From Octopus vulgaris (lineage: Eukaryota), in assembly GCA_951406725.2 (NCBI GenBank), contig OX597818.1:79608001-79672000 (forward strand): a stretch of DNA of 64,000 bases, read 5' to 3'. Numbering within the stretch: the first letter of the stretch is position 1; each line of letters starts with the position of its first letter. The notes below the pieces were generated by a model. That model made no database searches. It worked only from the letters and a program-made list of their open reading frames with translations, and was not told the origin of the DNA. Below are positions 1 to 13,879 of the stretch, piece by piece. Made by a program: the position numbers and the translations under genes.

Positions 1-190
1 GTAATATAAATATAAAACTATATCTATATATTTATAGATATATGTGTATATATATTTATGGATACGTGTGTGTATATATGTATATATTTATATATTTATA
101 TATATATATATATATGTATGTATGTACATATATATATATATAAGTATACATAGATGCATGTATATATACATACATACTGAGAGACATAAT

Positions 191-271
<81 letters not shown>

Positions 272-640
272 AAATGTTACATAATATATACTTCGTTGCT
301 TCATTGCTATTCTGAAATATTGCTTCAAACCATTGTATGGAAATTGTTCCAAATTTGGTATTTTGAACTCTAGTACCGCAGTATCCTCATCTGAGTTTTT
401 GGCAATAAATATCTTTAAATATCTTTTGCAATAAATATCTTTAGTACTATGTTTTTACGGTGACTGTGTAAAGTTAATGACTGTCTTGAGTTCTATACTT
501 ATAGGAGGATGACAGAAGTAGCCAAAGACAGTTCAATTGAACCATATACCTTGAAAGAATTTTGGTTCAATATACAGTCGAATTATATATAACTTCTGTT
601 TACTGAACGAGATTTATCCCCCACCTCTCTCTTTCTCTTT

Positions 641-673
<33 letters not shown>

Positions 674-1634
674 AAAACTTATTCATACGATGATTAATTA
701 TCTTTAAATATGTCCATATTTCATATATTTTGGAGTTTTTTTTAGTTAGACCAAAATTGAGCGAAGACACCAGAAAGGTATGATGCTGCGGTTTTTGTCT
801 GAGAGAAACTCTCTTCATAAATACAATGTATACTTGAACGAGGCGAATATGTACAGCAACATGCTTTTCAACAGTATCATCATATCTTTCAACGCAGTAA
901 CTAGTGCAGTAAATTATCTTGTGGTAGCGCTCTCTTTTCAGTTGGTGATATTGTTTTTATCTTTAATATTGTTGTCGTGGAGAAGGATGCAACATGAGTC
1001 CAATCTGAGTTCTTGTTTTGATTTCCATTTATAGCCGGGAAGCAGCGTCCTTGACAAAACCCTGAATACATTTCCCTTTCTTAATCCCGCTGGACTCAAT
1101 AAACAGAAACTACATTGACACTACCACTGATTCTCCTGAGAATAAAAAACAAAAACTTTTTTTTCGGTTTATTATAAAGGAACCAGTATCATTGACAATC
1201 TTGCTTTTGTTGGCTTCAGACCAACTTTTATCGTGCAATTTTATTACCAAAGGTATTCAATCGGTGACAAACCAGTCTTTTAGCAATATCTTGGACAATA
1301 TTAAAATAAGATCTTTGACTTTTTTTATGAGGTTTAATTAAGAGAAATTTGTATTTCTCGCACATCGAGTAACCTCCTTGTGGTTTCCTCATTACCTTGT
1401 TATGATTAACACAAGAAACTCCTCTAGAAGGTTTCCTTCCGAGATACTGCAGCGACCAAAGTGGTTCTAAGTTTGTCGTTTAGAACATGATTGAAATCTC
1501 TTTTCTCTCTGAAATTTTTATTAGCTTAATGTGAACTAGAATCGTTCGTGAGTCTTAATTTCCACTTCTAACTGCTGATTTGTCACGAGCATTTAATAGG
1601 GAGATCTATGTTACAGATATCTTTTTGTTATCTA

Positions 1635-1824
1635 TTACTCGTTTCAGTCATTGGACTACGGCCATGCTGAGGCATCACTTTGGAGGGTTTAGTCAAACAA
1701 ATTGATCCCAGTGCATAGTTTTCTCTAGTCAGGTCCCTTTTGCCAAACTACTAAATTATAGGGACGTAATCAAACCAGTATTGGTTATCAAGCGATGGTA
1801 GGTTGCAAACACACACAATTGTGT

Positions 1825-1873
<49 letters not shown>

Positions 1874-2737
1874 GGTAAGATCCGAGGATCAAGGTGTAGG
1901 AAGTTAGTAAGCTTCAAGCAGTCCATATACATGGGGTTGCTGTGTTGCTGTGTATGCGAATAAAAATCCAAATTTAGGGAATGGAATTGATAAAATCCAG
2001 GCTACACATATTTCATAGCTAGCAGAAATTCGGAAGTATTAATTACCCAAACCTTTTCGATCAAGTTTCCTGCGTGGTAACATGGGATCCCCTAACGACT
2101 ATGCAACCTTCATTTGACTAAGGTGTCTTTGGCCTGATGAGTAGCTAGCGGAGTACTCCTCGTTTGTGTAATTACTACTTCAGAGGTTCTGCTAGCTATG
2201 AAACATATGAAGCCTGCTGGATTTTATCTAGTCATTTCCCTACATTTACTCTTATATAAAATATTTTATGTCTTATGACTTTTATTAAGAATGCGAAATT
2301 ATTTTAATTTTTACCATTATACGTATGCAGTAAAATTTTCCAATCTTTAGGCCATATAGTACGCAGCTTAAATTCATTTACTGCTGTACTGTTCTGACTA
2401 CGCTCGCGCACTAAGTTTCAATCCACTATGTATAAACATGAAGCTGTCTTACGCATGTGTTTACCTCGTGTTTTCCGTATATATTACTGCTACATAATTA
2501 TGCATTCTTTAGCGATCATACTGACGAGCTACAGATACCAAGTTAATTTATTTGGTCATTAATAAAATCGAGTACATGGTTGACTAATTTTTCATTCACT
2601 CTAGTGCCTATTAGCAACGTGTCTTAAGAATTGGTTTTTTAGTGGTTTGAGTTTAACTGCCTTTTTTAGCATGTAAGAAGTCATCTCTCTCTCCGTGTAT
2701 TAATCTTTATACACTCTTATATATATATTTATATATT

Positions 2738-2811
<74 letters not shown>

Positions 2812-2977
2812 CAGCGGAATTCCACGCAGTTTCTGCTTTTACCAAATTCACTGAAAAGTATTGCCCAGCCTGTAGCTACAGTAGAAAATACTTGCTAAAG
2901 ATGCAACGCAGTGACACTGACACAAAACCATGTAATTGCAAAGCTGACTGTACGGTCACAGAGCCATGCCCGTGCCT
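1635..2977 (-). mobile_element. tRNA-derived SINE family A, split copy (3' part 1635-1812, head 2810-2977) with other sequence inserted in its internal microsatellite
   Basis: Both halves match the full family A copies at 28915-29325 and 61330-61720, in the same order and orientation, but lie about 1 kb apart. Confidence 0.65.
2131..2214 (+). ncRNA. Type I hammerhead ribozyme motif, probably inactivated (U16.1->A)
   Basis: ggc CTGATGA gtagctagcgga...tctgctagctat GAAA catatg AA gcc. Stem I is ggc/gcc, stem II is long and stem III is palindromic. The inverted partial copy at about 1969-2053 retains GAAA tatgtg TA gcc. Confidence 0.75.
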
Positions 2978-3185
2978 ATACATCGAAATGAGCTTTTAAA
3001 CAAGAATATTAATATTAAGGAGTATCAAGACCTATGAAGATATTGAAATTAATTTTAAAAAAGAACAGAAACTAGAATACGTAGCAGGAATTACGTTGCT
3101 GTTGTGTTTTTTTAGGTCTTATGAACACGAATGACACTCCAATTGTAACTAATCTGACACAACCTGACTTTCTTTTTTCCAGATA

Positions 3186-3373
<188 letters not shown>

Positions 3374-3435
3374 TATTATTAGTGAATTGAAGAAATGGAG
3401 TTGAACGAAGATTGAACAGAAATCGTTTTATTGCA

Positions 3436-3515
3436 TTCTACACGTGTTTCGAAAGCCACAATTTACCAAATTCCGATTGAATAAGGAGACCATATTGTGT
3501 CTTTCTCTTCAGGAA
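3436..3515 (-). ncRNA. Type I hammerhead ribozyme motif, intact core
   Basis: The reverse complement reads ttc CTGAAGA gaaagacacaat...attgtggctttc GAAA cacgtg TA gaa. Confidence 0.85.
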
Positions 3516-3608
3516 GAAATAGAAATCCGTTGGCAAAAACAAAAACGTTCGATTTGTTTTGCTGCGCCTCTGTTCTGTTTTTGTTTTTGCCAATGGATTT
3601 CCTATTTC

Positions 3609-3688
3609 TTCCTGAAGAGAAAGACACAATATGGTCTCCTTATTCAATCAGAATTTGGTAAATTGTGGCTTTCGAAACACGTGTAGAA
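3609..3688 (+). ncRNA. Type I hammerhead ribozyme motif, intact core
   Basis: Stem I ttc/gaa; CTGAAGA 3612-3618; stem II gaaag(a)cacaat/attgtg(g)ctttc; GAAA 3674-3677; palindromic CACGTG; GUA cleavage triplet ending at 3685. Confidence 0.85.
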
Positions 3689-3941
3689 TGCAATAAAACG
3701 ATTTCTGTTCAATCTTCGTTCAACTCCATTTCTTCAATTCACTAATAATATTGAAATTCAATTATCCGCACCAACGCATGGTTGCAACACCATATGGTTG
3801 TACCTCCAACCGTGCTGTCTTCTGCTGTGATTTTTGCTACCAAGGTATCAGTTAAACTTTTGATTAATCTGCAATAAGATTATTCATCTTTCTATTTCAC
3901 AAAATATATATATAGATATATATATTTTTTTAAATATATAT

Positions 3942-4531
3942 ATTTTTTTGAATGGCATGTCGGATGAAAATGTCCTTAAATTCTTTTTTTGATTGTGCGG
4001 CCTACCATATTCCGACCTATTTTTAATGCAACCTGATTCTTGATAAAGTTTTCCCATGCTTGCCGTATACCCTACAAGCGATCATTCGGTCTGCTAGAAA
4101 TGTCAGCCAAATAACCCTGAAACCACAACCTGTCCTGTTATAAAATAGAGATAAAGTATAATGTTATATTGTATAATATATTATTGTAAGATAGGGAACT
4201 CTGTTGATTACGAAGAGGTGCATACTAGTTTATTCGACGAATGGAACAGTTTGTTGCTGAAACCTAGTTGCAAATGGTTGGGCACTCCATAGACAGGCGT
4301 ACCCTTACCGTGATTCTCAGGGAGATGCAGCGTGATACACCGAATGTGATATTGTTGGCCCATTGAACTACAGGTAAAACACATTTTTGCAAACTCAGTG
4401 GACTGGAGCAACGTGAAATAAGTGTGCCTTGCTCAAGAAACACAACAGGCCGGCCGGTATCGAACTCACGATCTTAAGATCATGAACCGTATACACTAAC
4501 TATTAAATCACATACCTTCACAATATTGGTG

Positions 4532-4573
<42 letters not shown>

Positions 4574-4613
4574 CATACATACATACACACATATATATAT
4601 ATATTCGTATATA

Positions 4614-4658
<45 letters not shown>

Positions 4659-5243
4659 CAATATTGTGTAGGTGTGTGATTTAATAGTTGGTGTATACGG
4701 TTCATGATCTTAAGATTGTGAGTTCAATACCCGCCGGCCTGTTGTGTTCTTGAGCAAGGCACACTTATTTCACGTTGCTCCAGTCCACTGAGTTTGCAAA
4801 AATGTGTTTTACCTGTAGTTCAATGGGCCAACAGTATCACATTCGGTGTATCACGCTGCATCTCCCTGTGAATCACGGTAAGGGTACGCCAGTCTATGGA
4901 GTGCCCAACCATTTGCAACTAGGTTTCAGTAACAAACTGTTCCATTCGTCGAATAAACTGGTATGCACCTCGTCGTAATCAACAGAGTTCTCTATCTTAC
5001 AATAATATATTATACAATATAACATTATACTTTATCTCTATTTTATAACAGAACAGGTTGTGGTTTCAGGGTTATTTGGCTGACATTTCTAGCAGACCGA
5101 ACGATCGCTTGTAGGGTATACGGCAAGCATGGGAAAACTTTATCAAGAGCAGGTTGCATTAAAAATAGGTTGGAATAAGGTAGGCCGCACAATGAAAAAA
5201 AAAATTTAAGGACATTTTCATCCGACATGCCATTCAAAAAAAT
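3942..5243. repeat. About 590-bp inverted duplication (3942-4534 / 4653-5243) around a TA-rich microsatellite; each arm includes a family C SINE
   Basis: The arms are reverse complements along their length with scattered substitutions. The mirrored ORFs 4208..4411(-) and 4775..4978(+) differ by one residue. Confidence 0.95.
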
Positions 5244-5576
5244 CATGCGGGCCGCAATGTGCCCGCGACTGGTGCAAGGTATCTCTCTTTAAAATAACTA
5301 GAGCTTCTATGACAAAGTTACGGTCGCAGGTATAACAGCTCACGTTATAGATATGTTAGAGTTTTATGACTGCAAAAGTAAAACTCTTAACAGTTGGCTC
5401 ATCACTCAAGAAAGAGGGAATTGTTTTGTCTTGTTTTAATTTTTTTTTTTCTCGTTTGGAGCAAAACATTTGAAGACTTTAACAGATGAAACCACTAAAA
5501 AGCAAAAAGCTGTTCAACAAAATAGAAAAAAGCGCTGTACACTCAGAAGCTTACATTATGATACATACATTCATAC

Positions 5577-5650
<74 letters not shown>

Positions 5651-5813
5651 GATGAATCCATACAAACACACACACATACCTACATGTGTATGTGAATGTG
5701 TATGTATGCATATATATTATATATGGATATATATATATATATATGTATGTATGTATATACATATATTTATATTTATATATGTATCTTTGTGTATATATAT
5801 GCATATTTGTGTG

Positions 5814-5897
<84 letters not shown>

Positions 5898-6595
5898 CAT
5901 ACACCCAAATTGTTACATAGTAGACATTCATAACTTCCGTGCGTGGATATACAATATATATGCACATAGATATGTATGTATAAAGAAACATAAAAGTATC
6001 CATACATGTGTGTGTATGCGTGTGTGCATGTGTGTGTGCCCACATTCATACATACATTCATTATAATGCATATACACAAAACATACAAAGATAATGTATT
6101 AAACTATATATGCGTGCGTTTTTGAGTGCGTGCGTGCGTGCGCGTGCTTAGGTATGTTTATGTGCACTCACTTTTCTATGTGTGTGTGCGTGTGTGTGTG
6201 TGTGTTTATGTGTGTATGGCTGCATATACACTTAAATTATTCATGCACACATTCGTAAACATACCTAACTTTGGTGTAAATGAAAAAGACGATGAAATAC
6301 AAATAAAGAGCTGCAACGTATAAAAGAACAATCGTGAAAGTGAATTATTTTTAAAAAATTGTAAAATACTATTTTTTGGCTCTACTATCGCTCATTCTTT
6401 GGGTTTTTTTTTTCGGTTTTGCTTCCTTTTCTCTTAAGCAATTTCTTTAAACTGTCAGATTCGCGCCATTAACTTTTCAAACAATCTTGTTTGATGAAAA
6501 AATATTGCGATTCTAATTTAAGAAATTTGTTATGTCGCCAAGAAAAATTTATTTTTCTGTGGGATTTTTTTCCAACATTCACATTCATTTTGTCT

Positions 6596-6930
<335 letters not shown>

Positions 6931-6939
6931 TTATTTGAC

Positions 6940-7390
6940 TTCTTCAGGCTCTCAGTCTTACTTGCTCTGGTTGATTCTGTGAGAGCGAACACGTCTCTCT
7001 TATAAGCTTTGGTACCTGGAAGTTTGCTTTGGTATCATGGAAGATAATCAACATCCAAGCAACAGTCTCAAATCTTAGCTGTCCCCAGTAGAGCAGTTTT
7101 GGAGGCCTGCTCTGCCCTCATGTCAATTCCAGTATTTCTCGAACCTGGTTGTTAGCGTTCCATGTGTCCCTGCAACTACTGGGATAACAGTTAATCTCCT
7201 CATTGCCCACATACTTGCAATTTCGTCTTTTTCTCCATCTTTCTGGGAGCAGTTCCTTGTTAATTGTCATCACTTTTCTGGTTTTTCTATCCATTTTCTC
7301 AAACTCGTTCATTGTCCATATAACGACACCTGCACCGTATCGCATTAGGAAACATCCCGTGTGTTCATTGCCTTGATCTTGCTTTTTCCA
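6940..7390 (-). mobile_element. Decayed, internally deleted R4/Dong-like non-LTR retrotransposon
   Basis: Peptides MRYGAGVVIWT..EKMDRKTRKVMT and IPVVAGTHGT...KTALLGTAKI are typical of R4-clade post-RT and C-terminal regions. (TAA/TTA)n tracts, the known Dong target, flank both sides. Confidence 0.7.
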
Positions 7391-7429
7391 TTATTATTAA
7401 TATTATTATTATCATTATTATTAGTGAGC

Positions 7430-7960
7430 CGGTGTGATCTCCGTTTGGAAGACATGCTCTTCCGCAGCTCTTCTCTTTGACTGAACTGCCACTTCGTATC
7501 AAGAAAAATCCAAGATTAGGCGCCTGGAGTCTGGAATGTCATCAAGCGCCCACTGCTTTTTAAAAGTTGGGCAAAACGATCGTAGAAGTTCTTCGGTAGC
7601 TAAATATAGAAATGTAGCGGTGGGTTAGAGCGAGAACGTTCTTGAGGAAACTCTAGGCGTAGACGAGATTAAACTAACTGGCCTATTTCAGAGAACGTTT
7701 GAGCCCGGTACTGTTATGGATAATTTCTTAAAATCCCTGGCCTGGCAGTGCTACCGCCATTTCGAGATAAACATTACAGGCACGGAAGTGCTGTCAGGCG
7801 GGACTGTCCGGGATGCGCGCAGAGCGACGAAACCGTTCTGCATGCACTCGTGCAGTGTCCGTATATTGCTGACTTGTGGAGTTATGTTGAACAGCGAGTA
7901 TCACAAGTGGTTTGAATCCGATTATCGGCCGAATTCATCTGAGGACCGCTCCTTCACACA
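7430..7960 (+). mobile_element. Decayed Tx1/L1-like LINE fragment (zf-RVT zinc knuckle)
   Basis: From 7805 it reads CPGCAQSDETVLHALVQCPYIADLWSYVEQ (C-x2-C...H-x4-C), preceded in another frame by MDNFLKSLAWQCYR. GC is locally raised. Confidence 0.75.
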
Positions 7961-8030
7961 CTCATAAACAAGAAAGACAGACAGACAGAGAGACATACAT
8001 ACAAACATACAGACAGACAGACAGACAGAC

Positions 8031-8095
<65 letters not shown>

Positions 8096-9130
8096 TGTGT
8101 GTTATGACTAATTTTATACTGGAGTCTCCTCTTTACTATATCATGCTGATATCCTTACACCTAACCCGCTACTTCACGCATCGAATTTAGAATTTCCATT
8201 GTGTCTCAACACACTTTTCCTTTCTTTTCTCTTCTGTTTTATTTTTTCCGCCATACTTCATTCTCTGTCTTCTCATTTCCAATTCTTTTTTCTTCTCTTA
8301 ATGCTTTTACTTCTCCCATACAAATGATATAACCCGAAACGTTAGAATGTCTTAAATTAGTTTTTGATTGCCATAGTTTTCTCCCCCCCCCCCTCTCTCT
8401 CTCTCTCCCTCTCTCTCTCCCTCCCACCCTCTCTCTCTCTTTCTCGCTCTCTCTCTCTCTCGTTTTCTCTCTTCCTCTCTTTCTCATTATAAACACATCA
8501 TAATTATTAATTTTTCGTTTTAATTTCTAGGATCTTATCCTCTAAGAGTTTCAGTTGTTTAAATTTACATACTGCATATTGTTTTTATTCTCTTTACTTC
8601 ATCGTGTACCACATTTTACTAGTGTATATTTTTATCTACGCAGAACAAGTCTCCCATACTTTCAAGATAGAACGTAACAACTTCCATTGTATCGTAACAA
8701 TTGCATCTCTCCTCTGTTTTCTCTTTTAATATTTCCATTATACTCCACTCAACAATACCTAGTTGAAACACTTATCTCCGCCTCTATCTTTGTATTAAAC
8801 ACACCTTCAACCCGAATTACCATCAACTAGCCAACTTTTTTTCCACCATATCTGCAATGAAACAATCTTTGATATATTGGTGTCGTTCTCAATTCATTTT
8901 CTCCCATTTTTCTCAAATCTTTTACTTCTATTTGACAACGAAGATAAGTTCGAAACGTTAGATCCACTTCCATTTTGCATTTGACGTATTTATATTCTTT
9001 GTACACTTCTCTTGATCAATTTCTATTCCGTCTATTTTCTACGCACTTTACAACACGTAATTTGCCTTTCAAACATAATATGTGGTTTGCATTCTCTTTG
9101 CTCCATTTTAATTGTGTGCTTTTATCTGCC

Positions 9131-9218
<88 letters not shown>

Positions 9219-9240
9219 CGTATGTATGCATGTATGTATG

Positions 9241-9272
<32 letters not shown>

Positions 9273-9586
9273 CGTACGTACGTATGTATGCATGTATGTA
9301 TGTGTGTGTATGTATGTATGCATGTGCATGTGCATGTGCAAATATAGGTGAATATATGTTTGCGTGTGTGTGTCCGTATGTGTGTGTGTGTGCGTGTGTG
9401 TGTGGTAAACTACACGCTTCAAATAAAAAAATTAGCGAAGATATGCCAGAACACTTCCAACATATTTCTTGAGAAATAACACCACAAAACACCTTTCTCT
9501 CTTTTCTATATTTTAACGGTTGACTCCATCTCCTTTGCCACTGATTATAGCTTATAAATTATTTGTGTGCATAGTGTCCTAACCTT

Positions 9587-9619
9587 ACTGACGAAGGACA
9601 TTAGTCCGAAATGTCAGTG
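9587..9619 (+). ncRNA. Minimal hammerhead-like motif (PLE type, extra A before stem II)
   Basis: CTGACGA a ggac atta gtcc GAAA tg TC ag. Stem II is perfect but stem I is not convincingly paired. Confidence 0.5.
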
Positions 9620-10012
9620 TATTTTCACTTACCACAGAAACTAATCTTATTGATACCTACAAACTTTCTTAGAATTTATAAATTATTACCGACTTTGGCG
9701 GCTTATCCATTTCTTAACACTCCAGTTCCTCTCTCCAAACTTTCTTCGATTGAAACTATAAAAATCTGGTATTAATGAAAGTTACACAGACGTCTGGAGA
9801 ATGGCCGCCATTGCAAGAAAAGTAAAAATAATAATTTGCTGATAAGTGTTTGGTACTGAAGGTTCTTATGTTAAAATATTTACGAGACGAAGCTGATATT
9901 TCATAGAGAACCAAAATGATAATCTTGTTTATGTTGTCAAAATGTTATCAGACGCAAACATTAAATATTTCATTCTCATCTAAGGGAAATATGTATATAT
10001 ATATATATATAT

Positions 10013-10073
<61 letters not shown>

Positions 10074-10179
10074 TGTGTGTGTGTGTGCGTGTACATATAT
10101 ACATGCACGTACATATACATACACATACATTCATATATATACATATAAATATATATATATATACATATGTATATATACG

Positions 10180-10210
<31 letters not shown>

Positions 10211-11149
10211 ATACATGTATACATATATAAATATACATTTATACATATTTTCACATATATAGATACACACAGAAACATTCATACATAAAAATACATACCT
10301 ATGTATATACATACACGCATGCATGCATGTATACATATTATTCCAATATCGCTTGCTTCTCTATACGATATTGAATCGTTGTTTTATTTTTATATTTAGT
10401 TGTTTGGTGCGATAATTCTCCGGAAGCAAATCTCTGGATTTCGATTTTTATTCACGGATATAAATTAATATTCTCAGAGTAATGCATAAACTTAACATTC
10501 TATTATCCAAAACTAAATATTGGCGGTTTCGTCTCTATGCTAGATTTTTACAAATATTTTCTGATTGTCTTTAGTTCTTAAATATAACGCCGTGTAACAT
10601 TTTTTTAAAAAATTGGTATTAGGTCAATAGATGTTAATTCCTATTAGCTTTTAACTAGAAAGCAAAGGTAATTTCTACTATTCCCTTCCAATTTTGCTTT
10701 TGTCATCTGGAAATCAATCTTTTCAAACTGACCTATTTTCCATTACATTTCAGAGACTCAGCACTGAGTTACTAAAGCAGAAATATCGTTGTAGCAAATA
10801 TTCTGCTCAATACCAAATATTTGCTTGTCATTTGCTTGACCTTAATTACTTGAGCATATATCCCTTAGTCGCTGACAATATGTGCATCTCTGATCATGAA
10901 AAGGAGTAATGGGGGAACATAGTCATATGCTTGAAAGGATTCATTTGGCTTTGAATAAATGTAACAAAAGCAAAGTATAAAGGAATTATTAACCATTTTT
11001 CATTATTTCTAGGGATAAGCAAATAGCACTTGTTACCCATGGATAAAAACCGTGTTGCACAGTGTCGTCCATGTAATTTAGAATATATGGAGCACTTTTC
11101 TAGCTACAGGTGACTACTGAATTACCCTTTCTTCGAGAAGTATTCATAA

Positions 11150-11640
11150 TAGTGAGGGAAAACATGCTAACTGACGAGTGGACACAAGGGGAAATCTTCA
11201 GAGGATGAACTCCCATCAAGCAAATATTTCGGCACATTCTTGTGCCCTGAGGTGTCTTCTTGCTGTTTCCCAAATGCTCCTTTACGCGGGAATTGAACCT
11301 GGGGCCTACGAATGATCTTATTTCCATGAACTGTGATGCATACAGCTCCACTGTGAAGACCACCGAAGGAACTTGCACTGTGGATGTACTTAAAGTTGGG
11401 TTTTCCTACTGCTATTTAAAAGTTTGCAGTATTATATTTCAGCTCTCTCTATCGTTTCTCTTTGCTCGTAACCACACTGATCTCTTCCCAGCTGTCTCTG
11501 ACAGATGGTTCATCGTCGCTGTTCTTTTGTGAAGTGCGATTCAGAGCTGACTTTGTAGTTGGTACATGAAGGCTGCGACAAAATCTCGTGGCTTGTACCA
11601 GCCTGGACAATATCTACAAATCTATTTCCATAGTTAAAAC
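11150..11640 (-). mobile_element. Highly decayed Penelope-like RT C-terminus / GIY-YIG remnant
   Basis: Frame-shifted peptides LHVPTTKSALN..LHKR and FNSRVKEHLG resemble the PLE thumb and the GIY-YIG R..EH motif. Confidence 0.35.
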
Positions 11641-11781
11641 GTAGTAGGACAGCAGACCAAGACCGAAAGAGGTTTTGGTTGCTGGCAACAGAGTAAGGCC
11701 TAATAAAGACACTGAAAAAATAAAGCTAGGAAACCGGGCGATATGATAATACTAAACCCAATATAGACCTCCAAGCATAAA

Positions 11782-12152
11782 TACGAGAGTAAGCTGAAAA
11801 GTTCCCGGCTTTAGGGGTATCACGAAAGAGTAGAGCTGTTACTTTTATAGGAGAGGTAGGACAAGTATTTAGGAGAAGATATGCAAAAAATCATGATTGT
11901 GTACAATATAGCTTTCTCCTTTTTGCAGATTTAACACATAACGGCAACTCCTGCAGTGGATTTGGTACAATTGAAGCATAGGTGGTCATGAAGTTCCTCT
12001 TTTTGAAATTCAAAGGTGTGGCAGAAATCCAGAGCGATGTGAAAGAAGTCTTGAAGGATGGCTGTCCATCATACTCCACAGTGAAAACCTGAGTACCAAG
12101 ATTTCAAACTAGTCATTTCAAGGTCAAAGATGAATCTTAGTCCGGACGGCCA
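11782..12152 (+). mobile_element. Mariner remnant (5' TIR plus transposase N-terminal HTH, with stops)
   Basis: TA-cgagagtaagctgaaaagttcc TIR-like start. From 11988 it reads MKFLFLKFKGVAEIQSDVKEVLKDGCPSYSTVKT*VPRFQTSHFKVKDES*SGRP. Confidence 0.8.
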
Positions 12153-12514
12153 TTTATTAGGAATCCCAGACATCAATGTTTCAAGCTTCTTGGCTCTAGT
12201 CCATGAGATGTACCTGAGCGAAGCAATATACTCAAATCTCATTGTTTGACCTTGGGTTATCGTAGAAGGCAATTACCTAAGGTACCGCGCAGCGGGACTG
12301 AACCGTAAACGACGTGGCTACAAAGCCATGTCTGTCCTTATGTTTATCTATTCTTATTGACACACGACAACTGCAATCCTTCTTTTCCAAAACGGAAACA
12401 CTATTTATTCAATTGATGACTTCCATTGATTTAAAATATCTAGGCCAATGCGAAGTTTCCTTTCCAGTGGAATGTAATTAATCAAATAATACACATTTAT
12501 ATATATATTCTGAA

Positions 12515-12850
12515 ACCCCCTTCGGCCATGAGTAACCGTGAGATTGCACCAAGAAAGTTACCGCCCCTCCATCTACAAGTCCGGGCAAGGTTATTTTATG
12601 GAAGACCAGCAGTCGCCCATGAATACCATCCTCCCCTCTCCATGCCACCAGTGTTATCCAAGGGAAAGGCAAAGGCCGATACAGCTTGGCACCAGTGACG
12701 TCACAACTCGTTTCTACAGCTGAGTGGACTGGAGCAACGTGAAATAAAGTGTCTTGCTCAAGAACACAACACGCAGCCCGGTCCAGGATTCGAACTCACA
12801 ACCTCATGATCGTATAATCTCGACGCTCTAACCACTGAGCCATGCACCTT
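12515..12850 (-). mobile_element. tRNA-derived SINE family C variant
   Basis: The minus-strand head has an A box (tggctcagtgg) and a B box (gagttcgaatcc). The 3' part is shared with 22290-22476. Confidence 0.75.
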
Positions 12851-12876
12851 CCTATATATATATATATATATATATA

Positions 12877-12938
<62 letters not shown>

Positions 12939-12979
12939 ATATACATATATATATATATATACACATGTATATATATATA

Positions 12980-13480
12980 TATGCATATATGGGTACAGGA
13001 CGTCACCAACTGTAAACAATATGATGTACGAAAACAAACGAGAAAAAATGGAAAACAGGACAAGTAATACAAAGAACGACCCTTCATCAGTTGTTGGTTG
13101 TCTATCTACTCATTTCGGCGCATTAAACGCCAATATGAGTCTTCGAAGACAGTTGCTCCCATAACTTCCAAAATAGAATTTGGGATTTTGTGGAGAGCCA
13201 AAGTTGAGAACAAAAACAGGACAGCAGAGATATACAAGGAAACCGAACGAAAACAAACATATGGTAGGGTCGTTGGACCAGAACGAGGGGAAAATAGAGA
13301 ACGCTGAGAGAAATATTTTCTTTGAAAAGAGAAAAGATAGAAGAGAGAGATAGATGACGTTCAGTTCTTAGAACGTCTGTGCAGGAAAAGAAACATGGTC
13401 ACGTTAGAAAAAGTAAGATGGACGATGGTCACGTGTGATCAACAGGAGAGAGAAAAGGAGAAAGAGAAGGAGAGAGAGAC
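12980..13480 (-). mobile_element. Non-coding microsatellite-embedded repeat, family D
   Basis: The terminus gacgtcctgtacccatatatgcat is shared with about 44035-44058 (+). The body is CT-rich and contains CACGTGA and caactgatgaaggg motifs. Confidence 0.6.
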
Positions 13481-13879
13481 AGATATATATATTTAGCTTA
13501 GATCATATATATTTGTGACATATTTCAACTACTAAAAGACTAATACACTGCAGTTATCGTGGAGAATATATCTCCCTTATGGTAAAAAGGTGTGAAAACA
13601 CCCAGTTCGTTCAGTGTCGCCATCTATTAGGAAACCCTGATATCGATGTTTCAAGCATGTCTGAACAAATTTATGAAGTCATAGCTTCATGTATAATTCA
13701 GCCAAGAACGTTGACAGATTTGCGCTACTAGATCGCCCGATCGGGGAAAATAACGAAATGTTAGCACTAAGCAGTGTTTAGGCATACGCAGAATTTAGGT
13801 TAGTTAAAATATGTTCGTGACATGTTTTCAGCTAACCTAAATTCTGCATATATATATATATATACATACATTGATCGCT

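Noticed and set aside
780-1560. Possible very old PLE/LINE coding remnant
   Set aside because: No motif could be read with confidence.
2521-2560. CTGACGAG (also 11171 and 49479 minus)
   Set aside because: No matching stem II plus GAAA plus stem I arrangement was found.
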